A stretch of 64,000 nt of DNA from Syncephalis fuscata S228 (Eukaryota; Fungi; Zoopagomycota): NCBI GenBank assembly GCA_025786725.1, contig JAHLTZ010000049.1, forward strand, positions 57,474-121,473, given 5' to 3'. A program made the position numbers and the translations under genes. This document shows, in pieces, positions 1 through 14,900 of the stretch. The notes beneath the pieces were generated by a model. It was not told the origin of the DNA. It made no database searches and saw only the letters and a list, made by a program, of their open reading frames with translations. Position 1 is the stretch's first letter, and each line of letters opens with the position of its first letter.

Positions 1-422
1 GTCTTATCAATCAATAAAAAGGAAAGAATACTTGAGCCCCAAAGCCCATTCAATAATATAGGAAAGGAAAGGAAGGACACACCCGTTAACAACGACAGAG
101 ATACAGCATTGAAGTAGGCTGACGTAAGTAATAAGTAGTAATGCCCAAGTACAAACAATAGAATCAAAGATAGAAAGCAGAAAGAAGGATGGATATGAAG
201 ATGTGAATAGAAAATCAATAAAATTAATACATATATATATTATGTTATAGACCTTTTTTACTAGTTATTTTCTCTTGTAATTGGATATGAATACAGCAAT
301 ACAATTGTTTTATTGTTCTTATCTAGTATGGTTATGATAAGTGGGACTAATAATAGTAGTGGACAAGCCATTATTACGTATGGATAAAGCAAATATTCGT
401 TGATATAATGGCTTGGATGATA

Positions 423-428
<6 letters not shown>

Positions 429-453
<25 letters not shown>
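429..453. repeat. (AT)n microsatellite; similar tracts recur, often in introns (e.g. ~3450, ~12945, ~13165, ~18080)
   Basis: Direct observation. Confidence 0.9.
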
Positions 454-459
<6 letters not shown>

Positions 460-1214
460 GTTAGCAGTATTATCCTAAGCCACCTTTAATTTAATTAACT
501 AATTAATTAACTAATATAATTCGATGATTATAACTAGAATAATTTATAAAGTTTAATTTGTCTACTCCGATAGTTAATTATAAACACCGATTGCTTGCTT
601 TTTATTTTATTTTATAAAAATATTCACAGCATCGATATTTGTGTATACACACACCTTCACTACTCGCTTATTTCTTTTGCTACATTGTATTTGATTGTTG
701 GTCGAGTGTAGATATAAGCATCTATCTTATACTACTATTACTACTACTACTACTCCTACTACTACTATTCATTGTGGTCTGTAGTTACAATGTAAGTAGT
801 AGAAACTATAGATAGAAATGATACCTTTGATGTATCTCTTTCTACTGACACGCACGTGTTAATAAATGATTGCTCTATTGGTGGTGTGGTTAGCTGTGTT
901 CCGGTTGGGGCAAATAGTGGCATGGACACTGAAACATGACGAATAAAAAGTGCGTAAAAATAAAAGTACGCCATAGTGGATGTTTATGGTTCGCTATCGC
1001 TATCGTTATTGTTATTGTTTTGTTATTGTTTAGCGGTATCTTTTAATTAATAGCGACTATATCACTTTATGATTTGCTATTAACTAGCTACTATTAACTA
1101 CTAACGGTAGCATCTATATTATCATTATTACAGATAGTGCAGCCGTTATATACCACTGTTGATTCTACGTCTTTAGCTCATTCAGCTTATTGTTAGCGTA
1201 TTGCAGTTACCACT

Positions 1215-2553
1215 ATGGCTAAAGCCGGTCAATCTTACGTCTCTAAAGAGGCGCTAGAAAACTTGAAATACTATAAATATGCAGCCATCGATCGGTCCTA
1301 TGTAACTAAATACGTGCTCCGTCACTATTGGGAGTGGGCCACGACACTGTTTCCACTCTGGATGGCGCCAAATCTTATTACACTTTGTGGATTTGGTTTT
1401 GTATTGATCAATGTAGCGTTTATTATTGCGTTTATTCCTGATCTGGCTGGACCCGGTCCTTCTTGGTTGTACTTTTCGTTTGCCGCGGGCATTTGGCTCT
1501 ACTCCACCTTCGATAACGTCGATGGCAAGCAAGCACGCCGCACCGGCACTTCATCACCCTTGGGTAAGCACGGCTAATACTATATACTACAGTGTATTAA
1601 TAGGTGGTGGATAGGTGAATTGTTTGATCATGGTTGTGATGCACTGAATTGCTCTTTCGGCGCACTTGTTCAAGCTGCAGGCATGGGATTCGGTCACACG
1701 TGGTATACGGTATTTATCGTGGCATTGACCACCACACCGTTCTACTTCTCTACTTGGGAAGAATACCATACGGGTGTGCTATATCTGGGCTATGTTAACG
1801 GTCCTACTGAAGGCCTTATTATTTCTTGTGCGGTGCTTATTGCTTCGGGTATTTATGGGCCTGGCATTTGGTTTGAATCATTCCATAAAGTATTGGGTGG
1901 CACACTACCTCAAATAGTACTCGACTATGTACCGACTGATTTTATTATGGCCGATATGATGGTGGCCAGTATGCTGTTTATGCTTATCTTTACTCAGCTG
2001 CCTGCTAGGTAAGTATTGAGTTTATAATAATTCTATTATATTGATACGCTATTCTATTAGTTTGTATGGTGTTTATAATGCGTGTCGTCGCAAGGGAACG
2101 AGCTTTACTGCGGCATTGGCCGAACTTGTACCAATGGCAGTCTATTTGGTGGCTGTTATAAGCTGGGTACTATCGCCGTATTCGTCTATTCTACCCGATG
2201 GCCATCTTAGCATATTCATTATTGCTGTGGGTCTAGTGTTTGGTCGAGTGGCCACAAAGATTATTCTAGCTCATCTTACGCGTATGCCCTTCCCGTGGTT
2301 CACCGTTATGATGATTCCAATGGCGGGTGGCAGTTTATTGGTCAATGCGCCTCTTCTACTTAACGGACAGGTGCTATTGTCACCACAGCAAGAATACTAC
2401 TATTTGATTGGTTTTACAGCATTTGCCGCTATTGCTTATGGTCATTGGGCTCTACTCGTGATTGATCGATTCTGTGAACATTTAGGCATCCGCTGCTTAA
2501 AGATTCCCTATCCTAATGCTGCTTCCGCTCCAAAGGAAAAGAAGGCCCAATAG
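1215..2553 (+). CDS. EPT1: Choline/ethanolamine phosphotransferase (CDP-alcohol phosphatidyltransferase), 3 coding exons
   Basis: Spliced product contains LKYYKYAAIDRS and the DG(x2)AR(x8)G(x3)D(x3)D motif (FDNVDGKQARRTGTSSPLG|ELFDHGCD), then WEEYHTGVLYLG and NGPTEG. Introns at 1564-1614 and ~2009-2060. Confidence 0.93.
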
Positions 2554-2718
2554 CGATACTATGATGGGTAAGGATATAAAAGACATGAGTTTTACAGGTC
2601 ATCTTTCTTAGTTCTTCGCTCTTTTGTTCTTAATTTAAAAGAATAGAGAAAAAGAATTTAAAATAAATCATTAATTGATCAATAATTAGCCATCAATTAT
2701 TTGTTTATTTATTTACTA

Positions 2719-3437
2719 CTAAGTAGATTTAGGCTTGAAATAATTACGAAGTGACATCGTTCCTTTAGGAGGCACAGCTTTCTTGGCATTATTATCGGTA
2801 CTTTTAGTCTTATTAGCACCATTAGCAGTAGCAGTCGATGTTGTCTATACCATTTGGTTATTTAATATAGATTAATTAATATACATCAATCTACCTTTCG
2901 ACGGCCCTTTCCCTCTGATACTACAGTTTTGGTCTCTGTTGCAGCTTGGTGCGCTTTTTGTCGTCTAAATTTCACCAACAATGCTTCTACACTGCTTAAA
3001 CTGTAAATAATATTAATAACTCGTTGATATTCATTATTATACACTTACTTGTAGGCTGCACGTAATAGTGTTCTCCATTTATCGGATAGATAGTCATCAA
3101 TAAGTGTCATAGATAACCAAATACGCAACGCTATATTACAGATAAATAGCTGTAAATGACACCAAATGTATTAATTACCTTGACGTTCCTCATCCGTATC
3201 TGATGGTGTACATGATGCAGTCTGGTTGTTATTAACATTCAAGTAACTGCGTTCCATTTGTATTAATGTAGTAAAATTGTCAAAATGTTGTACAATACGA
3301 TCAATCTTAATATTTGTAATACCATTGTTATATTAGATTAACCAAATATTTAATTTACTACACTTACCTTATGTTTTAACCATGTAATAACACGCTGATC
3401 ATTTAACCTATACACAGTTGTATAACCAGAAACATCT

Positions 3438-3468
<31 letters not shown>

Positions 3469-4069
3469 AATTGTATTATTATATATCCATAATAGCCATT
3501 GTGTAGTAAATTAACTACCTTGCGTATCACAAATTTGACATAACGATTGATCTAGTTGAGGCAAACTATTTAATACAGATCCTTGTCCATTAGCTACAGC
3601 CTCTAATATATCTTGCTGTGAACAATAGACACCCAGACTATCTCCAGTCTATTATTGCATAACTAAATCTAATTATTGTTCTGTAGAATATCTATTTACC
3701 TGACGACGACATTGAATCAAGATAGGTAGTAGAATAAATAACACATCTACCGGTGTAAATAACAATAGACTACCATCTATTATTTATATTAATTAACTTA
3801 ATAATAACCATAATAGTATTGTTTAGTACCTTTCTGTACTGTATTATCTATAAACCAACTGGCAGGTATGTTGTCTGGATTTACATGCTGTATCTCCAAT
3901 AATTGAGTGGCATCACATACATACTGAACAATAATTCCTATATATATGTGTGTGTGTATATATTCTATAGTTATTACAAGCTATCTTTTTTGCTAATATC
4001 TATACCTGTACGTGGATGTGGCAGTGTAATAGCCAGTAGGTCAGACGACAACGACGACAATCTAGTCAT
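2719..4069 (-). CDS. RNH202: Ribonuclease H2 subunit B, multi-exon (absent from ORF track)
   Basis: Manual splicing gives MTRLSSLSSDLLAITLPHPRT|GIIVQYVCDATQLLEIQHV...PASWFIDNTVQK|DGSLLLFTPVDVLFILLPIL, with basic C-terminus KKAVPPKGTMSLRNYFKPKST* resembling the RNASEH2B PIP-box-like tail. Confidence 0.8.
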
Positions 4070-4405
4070 AAGCAGTTAAGCAAATACTGACTTGTAACTG
4101 CTAATAACCTGCCTGTTATTCGTGTTATCCGTGTTGTTGTTGTTGTTGGACACTTGCGCCTTTCTCTTCAAGCAAATACGCGTCTGCATTCTAGTTAATA
4201 GTACGAGCTACTACGATAGATAGTAGAGTAGACGAAATAAATAACGCGTTGCTTATGGTGGTGGTGTGTTTTTTGGGTGAGTTGTGTGGGCGAGTGTGGG
4301 CGAATGGAAAACTGGAATTGAGTGAACGCCACTCCTACTTTTGGTTCCTCCTCTCTTTCCATCTGCCGAGACGACTACTTCGTACTCGCATCGATAGCAG
4401 CACCC

Positions 4406-5528
4406 ATGGCGCCAACTAAGCAAGCCGGTAAGCATCTCTATGCATTAAGCTGATTAATGTATATACCATCTACGCGATGGATGAATGGATTAATAAGACA
4501 GTAATTGGGCTGTCAACCAGCACACTGAATGGATGGATGGATGGATATACGTATATATACATACATATACATACATATATTTATTCAGTCTATATAACAC
4601 TATGAAAGAAGCGACTATGACTATCCATAGACTATGACTATGGATGGATGGATGGATGGATATAATGAAATACAGAAAGGCGGGATATAGAGTTATGTAA
4701 TGACAGAATGGCATCTGTATGAATGCAAGGGTCTATGTTATAATAGACCATGGATAACCTATTTGTAGTTGATACTGGATAATGAGTAGTGTCTATAGGC
4801 AGTATAGCTATTCTACTGAGTAATAGAACGAGTGACGGGTCTTGTAGATTCATAACATCTATATACTGAATATGGAATTCATACATGTACACCCTACTTA
4901 CAACAAGCAATGTTATTCTACATTTTATTGTTTTATTAGGCAAGTCCAGCGAGAAGAACAAGGCGCTCGCCGCCCGCAAGGCCGCCCTTAAGGGTACCAA
5001 TAGCACGTCTACCCGCAAGATTCGCACTTCGGCCACTTTCCGTCGCCCCAACACCTACCGTGCGGCTCGCAACCCAAAGTACCAGCGCAAGTCCATTGCC
5101 GGTACTTCCCAGCTCGACCAATACTCGATCATCCGCCAGCCATTGACCACCGAGAGCGCGATGAAGAAGATTGAAGACCAAAACACCCTTGTCTTTTTGT
5201 GCGATGTACGTGCCAACAAGCACCAAATCCGCGACTCGATCAAGAAGTTGTACGGTGTCCAAGCCTTGAAGATCAACACTTTGATCCGGTAAGTAGTAAT
5301 GTAGTAAATATAGGCTAGAGTGGATATTAATGGATGTGTGTTGTGGATATAATAGCCCTGACGGTATCAAGAAGGCATACGTCCGCCTTACCGGTGACAT
5401 TGATGCCCTTGAGATTGCCAACAAGGTAGGTATCATTCTATGTATATGTATAGACTATATGTATATGTGTGTTGAATAAGAAGCAATATTAATGTATTGC
5501 TATTATTATTTAGATTGGCGTCATCTAA
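4406..5528 (+). CDS. RPL25: 60S ribosomal protein uL23 (L25/L23a), 4 exons
   Basis: [13 protein letters not shown]...[19 protein letters not shown]...KINTLIR|[11 protein letters not shown]...IANK|IGVI*. Short exon 1 (MAPTKQA) followed by a ~512-nt intron; strongly biased codon usage. Confidence 0.97.
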
Positions 5529-6291
5529 ATGCTTTTGCGTTATTTCCTACGACAGTGTGTATGGCGCATCTTTATTTAGGCGGAAGAATAAATACGCCTT
5601 TTGCCTGCATTATTATATTATTACTATTAGCATTATTATGATTATTATAATTATTAATTAGTTGTTATTGACATTATTATTACTATCAAGTAGTTGTTGT
5701 TATTTCTATTGTAAGCAGGTAACATATGCAGGAACTGAAAACAACAAAGTGTAATGGACAGCCTTACAAAATACAAGACATCTACATGATCACGTAGACG
5801 GTAAATAGATTAATTTAGTAAAACAAGTCAATCATACCTGTATACGCTGTAACTATTCTTAATACTTTCAGTGTGTGGAAAGGACAAGAATGTTGCAATT
5901 TGTATATTAGAAAATAATAAAACAGTTTATTAGTATTTGTAGATATGTACTTGTTATATATAGCTGCATTGTTATGTAGTTAATGGCTGATACTTGTAAT
6001 AATGATAGTTGTAAAAAATAGTGGAAAACATACAAGATAATTCTAGTATAGCTATTGTATTAGTATAATGGGAGACATATGGATATGTTCAATGTCAAGT
6101 TAACGTTTGTCGTGTATTTATGTGATTTGTGTTAATTACCCATTATTGTTAGTAAAAATGGAATCATTGTTTTAAAGCATGACCTGTTATTATTACTAAA
6201 TTAGTTAGTTATTATTGATGAGTTATTATAGTTGTATGGTTTTAAAATTTATTTAACGAAAAGCCATGACGATAAACAATAATAGAGGTTA

Positions 6292-7414
6292 TCAACGATG
6301 CAAAGGACGATTGTTATTATTATTCGGATTTATAGACGATGGAGATGGTGTATTTTGTGAATGGCTATCAATGGTAGTTGGCGGTGTTGAAGATGGTGAT
6401 GGTGATTGAGGGGATTTTGACCATTAAAAGTATTTGGCGTTGTGTTAGTGTTGTTGTAATGATTCTGTTGTACTGATGATGATGGTGCTGATGGTAATGG
6501 AGCGCTATTACCTTCATTACTGTCCAATTGGCTAGTTGAATCAGCTGGAATAGAGCTTGAAGACGGTTCTGTTGATGGCTGAACATTCTCTTTGTCATTA
6601 TTATTAGCTGGCTTTACTGATTGATCATTTTCTTTGTCGTTATCATTGGCTAGTTTTACTGACTGAGCCGATACGGTATTTGATGGTTCAGTGGCCGGTC
6701 GTGGTGGCTGTGGCTTAGTTTGTGCACTATTCTGACTACCATCAGTTAATGGCAATGACTTGGTAGAGGTAGAACTTGGACAGATTGGAAAAGATTGTAT
6801 TTTATCATTATGACCGAATTCCTGGGTCCAATAAGGTACGTTATCTTTGGTATAGGCTATGGCACCGCCGAAATGCGTAAGTTACCGAGAATGTTAGCAC
6901 GATGTCCGGGTGAGTTCATCCATCGCATCATAACAGTAGGGACATCGACCCAGCCATAAGCGACATTTTCGCCGTAGCGAACCCAAACGTTTTCACTGTT
7001 TTGGGCATCTACTCTCTGGCTCGGGGTGGGTTGACCAGGCAATTGATGGCTCATTGTCTTTGCCTTAGCCTGGGCATTCGAGTGGATCTGCGCTGCTCGT
7101 GTTAAGGCAGCGTCAACACCAAGAGCAGACAAGCCTTTTTTCATACGTTCTCTATTAACACTACATAATAAGTCGGTATTGATAGGTTGAGTGGTCACAC
7201 CTTTACTCATTGCAGTCGTAAAGTTTGACTCAATACCAGAGCTTAATAATGCAATAACGATGCCATGAATCAGTACAATAGCAACAATAGTCCCTATGGA
7301 TGGTGTATTACTAGATATAGTCGTTTTTATCCAGTCCATATGGGATCTTATTGGGCTCGAGTTGCTCTTTTGATTGCGACCACCCGACGACGATTGAAAG
7401 AACGGTAGAGGCAT
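6292..7414 (-). CDS. CAP/SCP (PR-1-like) domain protein with N-terminal hydrophobic segment and S/T/P/N/Q-rich tail; one clear and one probable 1-bp frameshift
   Basis: LLCSVNRER...AAQIHS...MSHQLPG...GENVAYG...WMNSPGHRANILGN. Shifting frame at ~6880 continues THFGGAIAYTKDNVPYWTQEFG (canonical CAP C-terminus) into ORF 6330-6755. Start could be 7414 or the Met near 7340. Confidence 0.85.
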
Positions 7415-8233
7415 AGTGCTAACAAATTTAATAAATAAACAGCGTTATGTTACAACCAGTGTAGACAAATTGGCAGCAGTGGATATTTTAAACAGTAAAC
7501 AAATAAACAGAAATAGATACGGATGAAATAGCAAATACAAACAGACCAGCTGCTGTTGTCGTTGTTGAGAGTGCAAATAATGAGAAAGTGTAGCGGATAT
7601 TAGAAAAGAGTTAGCAGGGACATAATTAAGCATGCTTTATACTGATGGTCGCAGCGCATGGCGTGTGGTTACACAACAGTATCATGCACAAAGTAATGGC
7701 ATGTGTCTACTAGTGATAAGGAGATTGTAAAAAGCGTGGTAGCTACCTTGAAACACCCAGTCGTATAGACTAGCTATCTCTTAAATTGTGCACCGTTAAT
7801 TAGATGTATTAAGGGCGTTGGATTAGTTATATAGTAGATTTTATTAATGTATAAAATGATCACACTTGATAGCTTTTGTATATTAATAATAAGTACTACT
7901 AAATAATATCTTATAATGTTTTATATACCTGATTATATTCAGCTATGTATATACTAATACATGAAATAAGATTGATAGCTTTTGGGTAGAATAAATGCGT
8001 AAATTCATCATTTATTTAAATACTAGTTAATGCAATTAACATCAAGTAAAATCCCCGCACACGTACTCCTATTATAGAGTCATAAATATAAACGAAACTA
8101 TGCGACAAATAAATTACAATACGATATAATTGGGTACCACTCCATAGTAAATATACATTGTAGAATAGAAATATTTAATATTTTCAATAACTCAAATAAC
8201 AAGAATAGTATTATGCTAATTCATTCTTTATTG

Positions 8234-9156
8234 CTATACTAGTGTCAAACGCTTCTCAATGTATTCCTTCCATTGGTCGAGTGTCCAGCTGCTACTTACA
8301 CTGTTATCAACAATGCCATCCCAGTAGACAGTTGGAGACACATGGACGCCTAATTGACGCGCATATTTGATGTGCCACTTCAAATCGTCGGTCACTTTAT
8401 TGCCAAGGTTCTGAGGGGAGACATCGGTGGGCACGGCAAGCTCCGCGTGAATGGATGCTGCAGGTTTGTTCAGCACTTGGCCCAGCTGCTCGGCAAGCTG
8501 TTGGTACGTCTGTTCACGTGTGGCATTAACAAGGGCTTCATCGAAATATCTATACTTAGCACATTCAGTCAGTTGAGCCACTATTGCTATTGATAATAAT
8601 AAATGTAAACAGCTTACGCTTTTTGGTTTTCAAATAGCGATTTGGCTATATCAAAAAACCTTTCTTTGTTGACTCGTTCCGCAGCCAATGCTGCCTATGA
8701 ATTATCGTAATGTTAGAGTAAGGCAGGTCGATCGCCGTTTCAATGATTACCTCGTGCACTAAAGTGCTTTGTGGGTGCCATGGCTGAATCTGTTGCCGGA
8801 ATATAAATTGAACTTTATTTGGATAGCTTGATTTTAGCCACGGCAATACATCCTACATGGCCGATTGTAATAATTTAGAAACTAATAAATATTTTTAATT
8901 TACGTACCTCGTTTAGTCTTTTGAAGAACTTTGCCGAGAAAGGACACTACACGGCAATATAATGAGCAAATGACTAGCAACATTCAGTATACACACTACT
9001 TACGACAAAGTCCAAATAAGCCTCCAGTACATGAGGTGCGTCAGCATTACCAAACCTATGGCCTTTAATCGAGGTTAGTATTGGTAACGGCCATTGTTAT
9101 TACTAGAAATAAAAGAATATATTTATCTTACCTGCAAACCGATGTGGAAGCGTCAT
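8234..9156 (-). CDS. Thioredoxin-fold DsbA-like protein (CxxS), multi-exon
   Basis: Spliced MTLPHRFA|GHRFGNADAPHVLEAYLDFV|CPFSAKFFKRL...FIFRQQIQPWHPQSTLVHE...DLKWHIKYARQLGVHVSPTVYWDG. Confidence 0.8.
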
Positions 9157-10184
9157 ATTCAAGTGTTAATGATATGATAGTAAGAGTAACCGATATTCAA
9201 ATGAATATAACAGAGCACTAAAAACAAGTTGCAAGAAATGACAACAAGTAAAGGCACTACAAGTAGTTAGCAAATGGACAATAAGTGGTAACTATTGCGT
9301 GCTTGACTAAGTGATGTTAACATTACTATTTTAGCTAAAGAATAGTATAGTTATAAATGTAAACTGCTATTGTTACCATATTTGGTAATGGTAATTAATT
9401 AATTATATCACGTGATTCATTTATACCTGTATGCTTTACTATATCTCCACGACCAAACACATGTATAGTACCCGGATTAATTCGTTTTTTAGTAATCTAA
9501 AAGACAAATTAATTTTACTAAATTAACTTAATTCCGTAAAAAAACAAATTTCTAATTACCTGTGTTACAAAGGAAAGAATTAACAAAATCTATATTCTCA
9601 CCTTTTATTATTGCCAATTATCTTAGCTCTATACTAATAAAATAAAATCATATGCTTATACTTTGATTCAATATTAATTTTATAGGGCTTTCAAAAGTGA
9701 TATAACTTTAATTATTATTTATTATTTACTATAGATAAAACAGCAACAACGTAAAAGCACCAATATTAATAATACATTTACAGTGTTTCAGCTAAATTGT
9801 GTCATTTAATTCTGAATTAAGTTGTTTTTATTTGTTTGTATTAAGTTATTGAATTACTAATGAGCAACTTATTAACAATTTATATAGTCTTGATTTTAAA
9901 TGGTTATAGTAATACCCTCATAGAATATACCAATTTTTAGCATCATAAGTATGAATTGGTAGCTCGCAAAACAAATGAATAGCTAGAAATTAAATTAGCC
10001 GAGTTAGAATGTATATATAAAGGCTGAAGTATGAACAAAGTAATTGTTAGTTTAAAATATTCAAACTAGATGCATTCTATTTGCAGTCCGCCATGCTATT
10101 TTATTTAGTTCAGGGGCATATTATTTAGTTTAGGGGTATATTATTTTGTTAATAGCTTCTTCGTTTTCTAGTTTTATTTCTAAT

Positions 10185-11746
10185 ATGTCAACACTGAATA
10201 ACAACACGCTGCCAAAGATATGGCAAATTGTTGAGATAATTCATCATATATCGTCGTTGAGTGAAATAACTACTATTATTGCTTTGGCACGCACTTGCAA
10301 ATTATTGTATAATTCTATTAATTGCAATAGTTTATGGCTTCAACTATACCAGCGTAATTTTCCTCGTGATATCAACATCGATATTGACTGGTTACAATGG
10401 CAGTTAAAACAGGAACAACAAGCAGCACAAGCAGCAGCTGATGCGAAAAATAAAACAGCATCAAAATCTACTTACTTTCAACTATACAGTCAGCGTATGA
10501 ATATGGGTTTAAATTGGCAAAAAAACAAACTAACATCAACAGTCCATTTAAAGTCTTTAATAAAGTTGATGGATCGAATCTACCGATTTGCATGCAAACA
10601 ATTATGGCGAGTTATCCTGGGTGGTTTGCAATATTAACTCGTTGGAATCTTCAGGTCAATTTAGTTAAGCTACTGCCAAAAAATACAACCAAAACATATT
10701 CTCTAGATGTCGATAAAACCAATTTAAAAGCCATAAAAAACATAAAATTTTATCGATATAGACAACAAGTAGATGATGCTGATGATGCTATACGTGTAAT
10801 TTTACATTTGGAATACATTGAAAATCCCATACATACACTTCAAATATGGAACGCAAATAGCTGCCAACTGCTTCGGTCTATCGATTTTGATGGCAAATGG
10901 GACGATAGGATTATAGACGCGTCTTTGTTGCTTTCCAACTTTCAAGACGCTAACATTACTCAGCTACTTTGTAGAGGCCTTTTAAATGCACGACCATATG
11001 AGGCTCAATCCACTAATATTTCAAGATTTAATTATTATGATAATTTTAGAATACATACGGTGAACGGTAGTGAAATGGTTTTTTTGCAATACAATGCTTT
11101 TGGAACGGGAATTCTTTATAGGGTAGCACGTGCATTATTAACTTCTGATGCCAACTTGGTAATGACCAATTATGATGCATCACGAGTAATTGAAGTTATA
11201 TTAAAAATTGAAGTATTTTTTGCTGACATACGCTATGCGAAATTTTATTCAATTGATTATGATCGCGTATTATTTTATTATAGCACTTGCCGAGTCGAAA
11301 GAGATTCGTTTGGCAATACGGAATTCTGGCATCGATACATCAAAGTAATTTCTTTAAGCAAAGGACTTATGCTTGAACGTGATTATCCATCACGTAAAAA
11401 TGAAAGTCTGTTTTTAATCTCAACACATAATCTGGTCGTATTCTACTCGACAACCCGTTTGCCATTAGTCACCATTTCATTACTGGATGGAGAGATTCAG
11501 CGCAGCATCGATATAAGCCTTTTATGCAACAAATTCTATGGCTTTCAGCATCTCATAGATACAAAAATTATTGGCTGCAATTGCGCCACTAACCAATACT
11601 GTATTATTGATGCTGTAACAGGTGATGTGAACGTCTATTTTTTTCCAATATCAGAGGTAGAAGATTATGGATATGCATTTGGTCACATGCTACTGATGAA
11701 TAAGGAAACAACGCTTATTACAAGCTTTGTACCTGAATTGAATTAA
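10185..11746 (+). CDS. F-box-like family protein, copy 1 (intronless; one frameshift at ~10557, probably sequencing error)
   Basis: N-terminal LPKIWQIVEIIHHISSL...IIALARTCKLLYNSINCNSLWLQLYQRNFP resembles an F-box. One added T in tcttt joins ORFs 10146-10637 and 10514-11746 collinearly with copy 2; ends FVPELN*. Confidence 0.7.
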
Positions 11747-11968
11747 ATCTATTAAATAATCATTTTGATATCTGATATCATTCATCATTCACTTCCATGC
11801 TCACTAAAATAAATATTAGCAAATATAATCTTTAATCTCTCAATCACGCTATAATTATTAATATGGCATTGAAACATAGTGACACTGTTCTAGTAAATTA
11901 ATGTAATAAAGCTGGTATCTATTTTCATTGCATCTTGTCCATTCGTCCACATCCCAAACTACAGGCTT

Positions 11969-14900
11969 TTATGTATGTACTCCATTTTGACTAGGACGCG
12001 ATTTTAGAATAAAATTCTATAATAGGAAATAATAATAAGCAAATATTACTTGGACACCATTAACTATTTACCTTGTAAAAAGTACGAAATTGTTTAACAT
12101 CCAACTGCTCAAGTGCTTGGAATATTTCCTAAATCACCATCATTACCGTTAGATAAAGAGGAAGCTATGCTATTACAATAATGAATAAACTCTATAGTAA
12201 ATACCTGTGCTAGCTCTGTGGGACATTGGATAGATGGAAAGTAGACATTCTGCAAGTATTGTAGCAGTTGGTTTCCTTGTTTTTCATGGGCTAGTTTCAA
12301 TGCAGTAGCCAACTCTCCAAACGCCTAATAGACATTAATACACTATTTAATAAAAACAATTCGCTTATTCCTACCAATTGTGTTTGACCATCTGAAAAGT
12401 TAAAGGCTGGATTAATGGGTACTTCAAAACACACGGGAATGATCTCGCTATATATAAACTGATCGAATCCAGCAAGTGTCGTGGCTGAATCTGCTGCACC
12501 GCCCCATGTTGACACCATCTTAGTAAGTAGACTAAATGCCAATTTCTGCGTCTAATTATCATCATTCATATCAGCTCAGTTCGGCCATTCCCCCTTCAGC
12601 GTTACTAACCGGAACATCACCACAGCGCTTAGACTGCTCGATAATAAATCTAAATAGCGTATTTGCATGTCCTTGATTACCTAATAATACATTCTTGCTC
12701 AATACTTATAAACAATATTAATGGAGTAGTTACTTACGAGCTGAAACTAATATACTTTGTAGTTCAAAATTGAACAAGGCAACAAGGAATGACAAAAATG
12801 AACGGCGTACATCATTCTGCAATACAGCTTCATCAGTGCCCGATACTGGCTGTTCAAGTACACTAAACACCCGACTAGCCAACGGTAGGAATAGCTCGTC
12901 CATAACTTCACCAATCATCGACTACACAAATATACGTGTATTTATATATATATATATATATATATGATAAGTATTATAATCATTTAGATCGTACTAATTC
13001 TACCTTGAATTTATGAACAACTAAACTGAGGAAAGCCAAAAATCGGTCACTTCTTTGGGCTCTCCTTCTCCAATAACACTGCCAATAAATGGCGGTAAAT
13101 AAGAAAGTAACTGGGCCCCCAAACAACTAACAAATCGCGAAAAACTATATCGAGCCTATATTTATATATATATATATATCCATTAATACTACATTCAAAT
13201 TGACGTATTCTATTTCATTACGTACCGCTTCACGAATAACCAATACCGTCTCATACGATCTACCACACTCAAAATTAATTCAATGCGCTTTTGAATCCGG
13301 CAACCCATGGCCCAGTAGCCTCATGATCCTTTTCAATAGTAGGAAATCCTATTTATCATTAACATCAACATCAAATATCAAATATCAAATATAGCGTTAC
13401 CTTTAGCTACGGCGCCAACTGCCATAATGAGTCGCGATAAATGAAGCATAGCCACTGGATGATCTAGAGATGTACTGGCATACTGTCTAATCCCTTCAAT
13501 AATAGGTCCCAGTGCCATCTAATTGCATGCCTTATAAATCAACACAATCTTTTACTCGCTTATCTACTTACTTCCAAATAGACCGCTTGCTGATTCGCAG
13601 GAATAGCCTCGGCAGAAATAAGCGATCCAGCTGTCTCAAATAAATAAACTTGGCTGTCAAATGTACTCGCCTCATCTTCTACCAATTCCTCAACTTGAAT
13701 AGTAAACAGATCCTAGTTCCAACCTAGGTTAATATCCTTTAACCAGCACATATATATCCAATCTTGTTGTAGTTACCTGCATGCCTTTAAGTATATCTTC
13801 TGTATACGCTGCAAGCTGTGGCTTCAATGCTTTGGTAAATCGAGCAAATAAATACCAAGTGCGTCGACTAATATGCTTATCTGGATTATGTAGACCACTA
13901 TATATATATATACAAAGTCATGTCAGCAGATGTATAGTATACAGATAGCTTATCCGCTTACCGTTCATCCAAAAAACACGCTAGTACCGGTAATATAGCC
14001 TGTTCTTTAACCTTAAACAAATGAGCATATCTAACGGCACACTCAAAATACGGCAATAATACGGATGCATGAGGATAGCTGTGTACATCTACAGTGTACA
14101 CATTAATCAAGTGTACCAGCATAATCACTATCACTTACTACTCTCAAATACACGTATAACAACTTCACCCAATGGAGTGGGCAATTCTTTGTTAAACAAT
14201 TTCATTTGATCACGGGACATTTCACCCAACCAATAGACTAGTTGCATCACAAGTTCAACCCGCACCCAAGTTGGCTGCCCACCGGCCATCACTTCTCGTA
14301 ACGTTGAAGTAATAAGACCGTGGACATAGGCCGTAAATAGCGGTTCATCAATTGTGGCAATCACTTCAAAGTGTGTTTTTAATGATTGACGCATTTCAAG
14401 AAACGCCACTTCATCTTCATCTTCTGGCGTATTGGTCCATTCAGTATCCAGATCATATTGCATTTTATGAATAATTGTTTCTAACAATGACTGTAAAAAT
14501 GTTTTAATGCCATCGGGTAGACTCGACTGTTTACTCTGTCGTTTAAGCTATTGTATTGTATTATATTATATTATATTATATTACATTATTAGTAAATTCA
14601 TCATTTTTTATTGCCAACTACTTACCATTTGCAGTGTATCATTAACAAATGGGAAAACGCGAATAGACGTGTCATCATATTCACTAGACAGAAATTGTAA
14701 CATAAATGGCCATAAAGCTTCAATTTGAACAAATGACGCCTCTTTTAAATTCGATATCGATGGATCAGACTATAACATAGACATATAAATACATATAAAG
14801 ATATATAAAAGATTATTATAACAGCTAAGTCAATATTACTTACCAATTGATAAACCTCACACAAAGATATACCCGCCGCATTACACAAATAAACAACACG

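Noticed and set aside
4428-4939. Intronic snoRNA in the long RPL25 first intron
   Set aside because: Small hairpins exist, but I found no clear C-box (RTGATGA)/D-box pair or convincing H/ACA architecture. Long first introns are common in ribosomal-protein genes.
8930-9020. Selenocysteine in the thioredoxin-fold or Cys-rich genes
   Set aside because: The active site reads DFVCPFS with no in-frame TGA. The TGA at ~40302 in DPH6 lies within a 60-nt intron.
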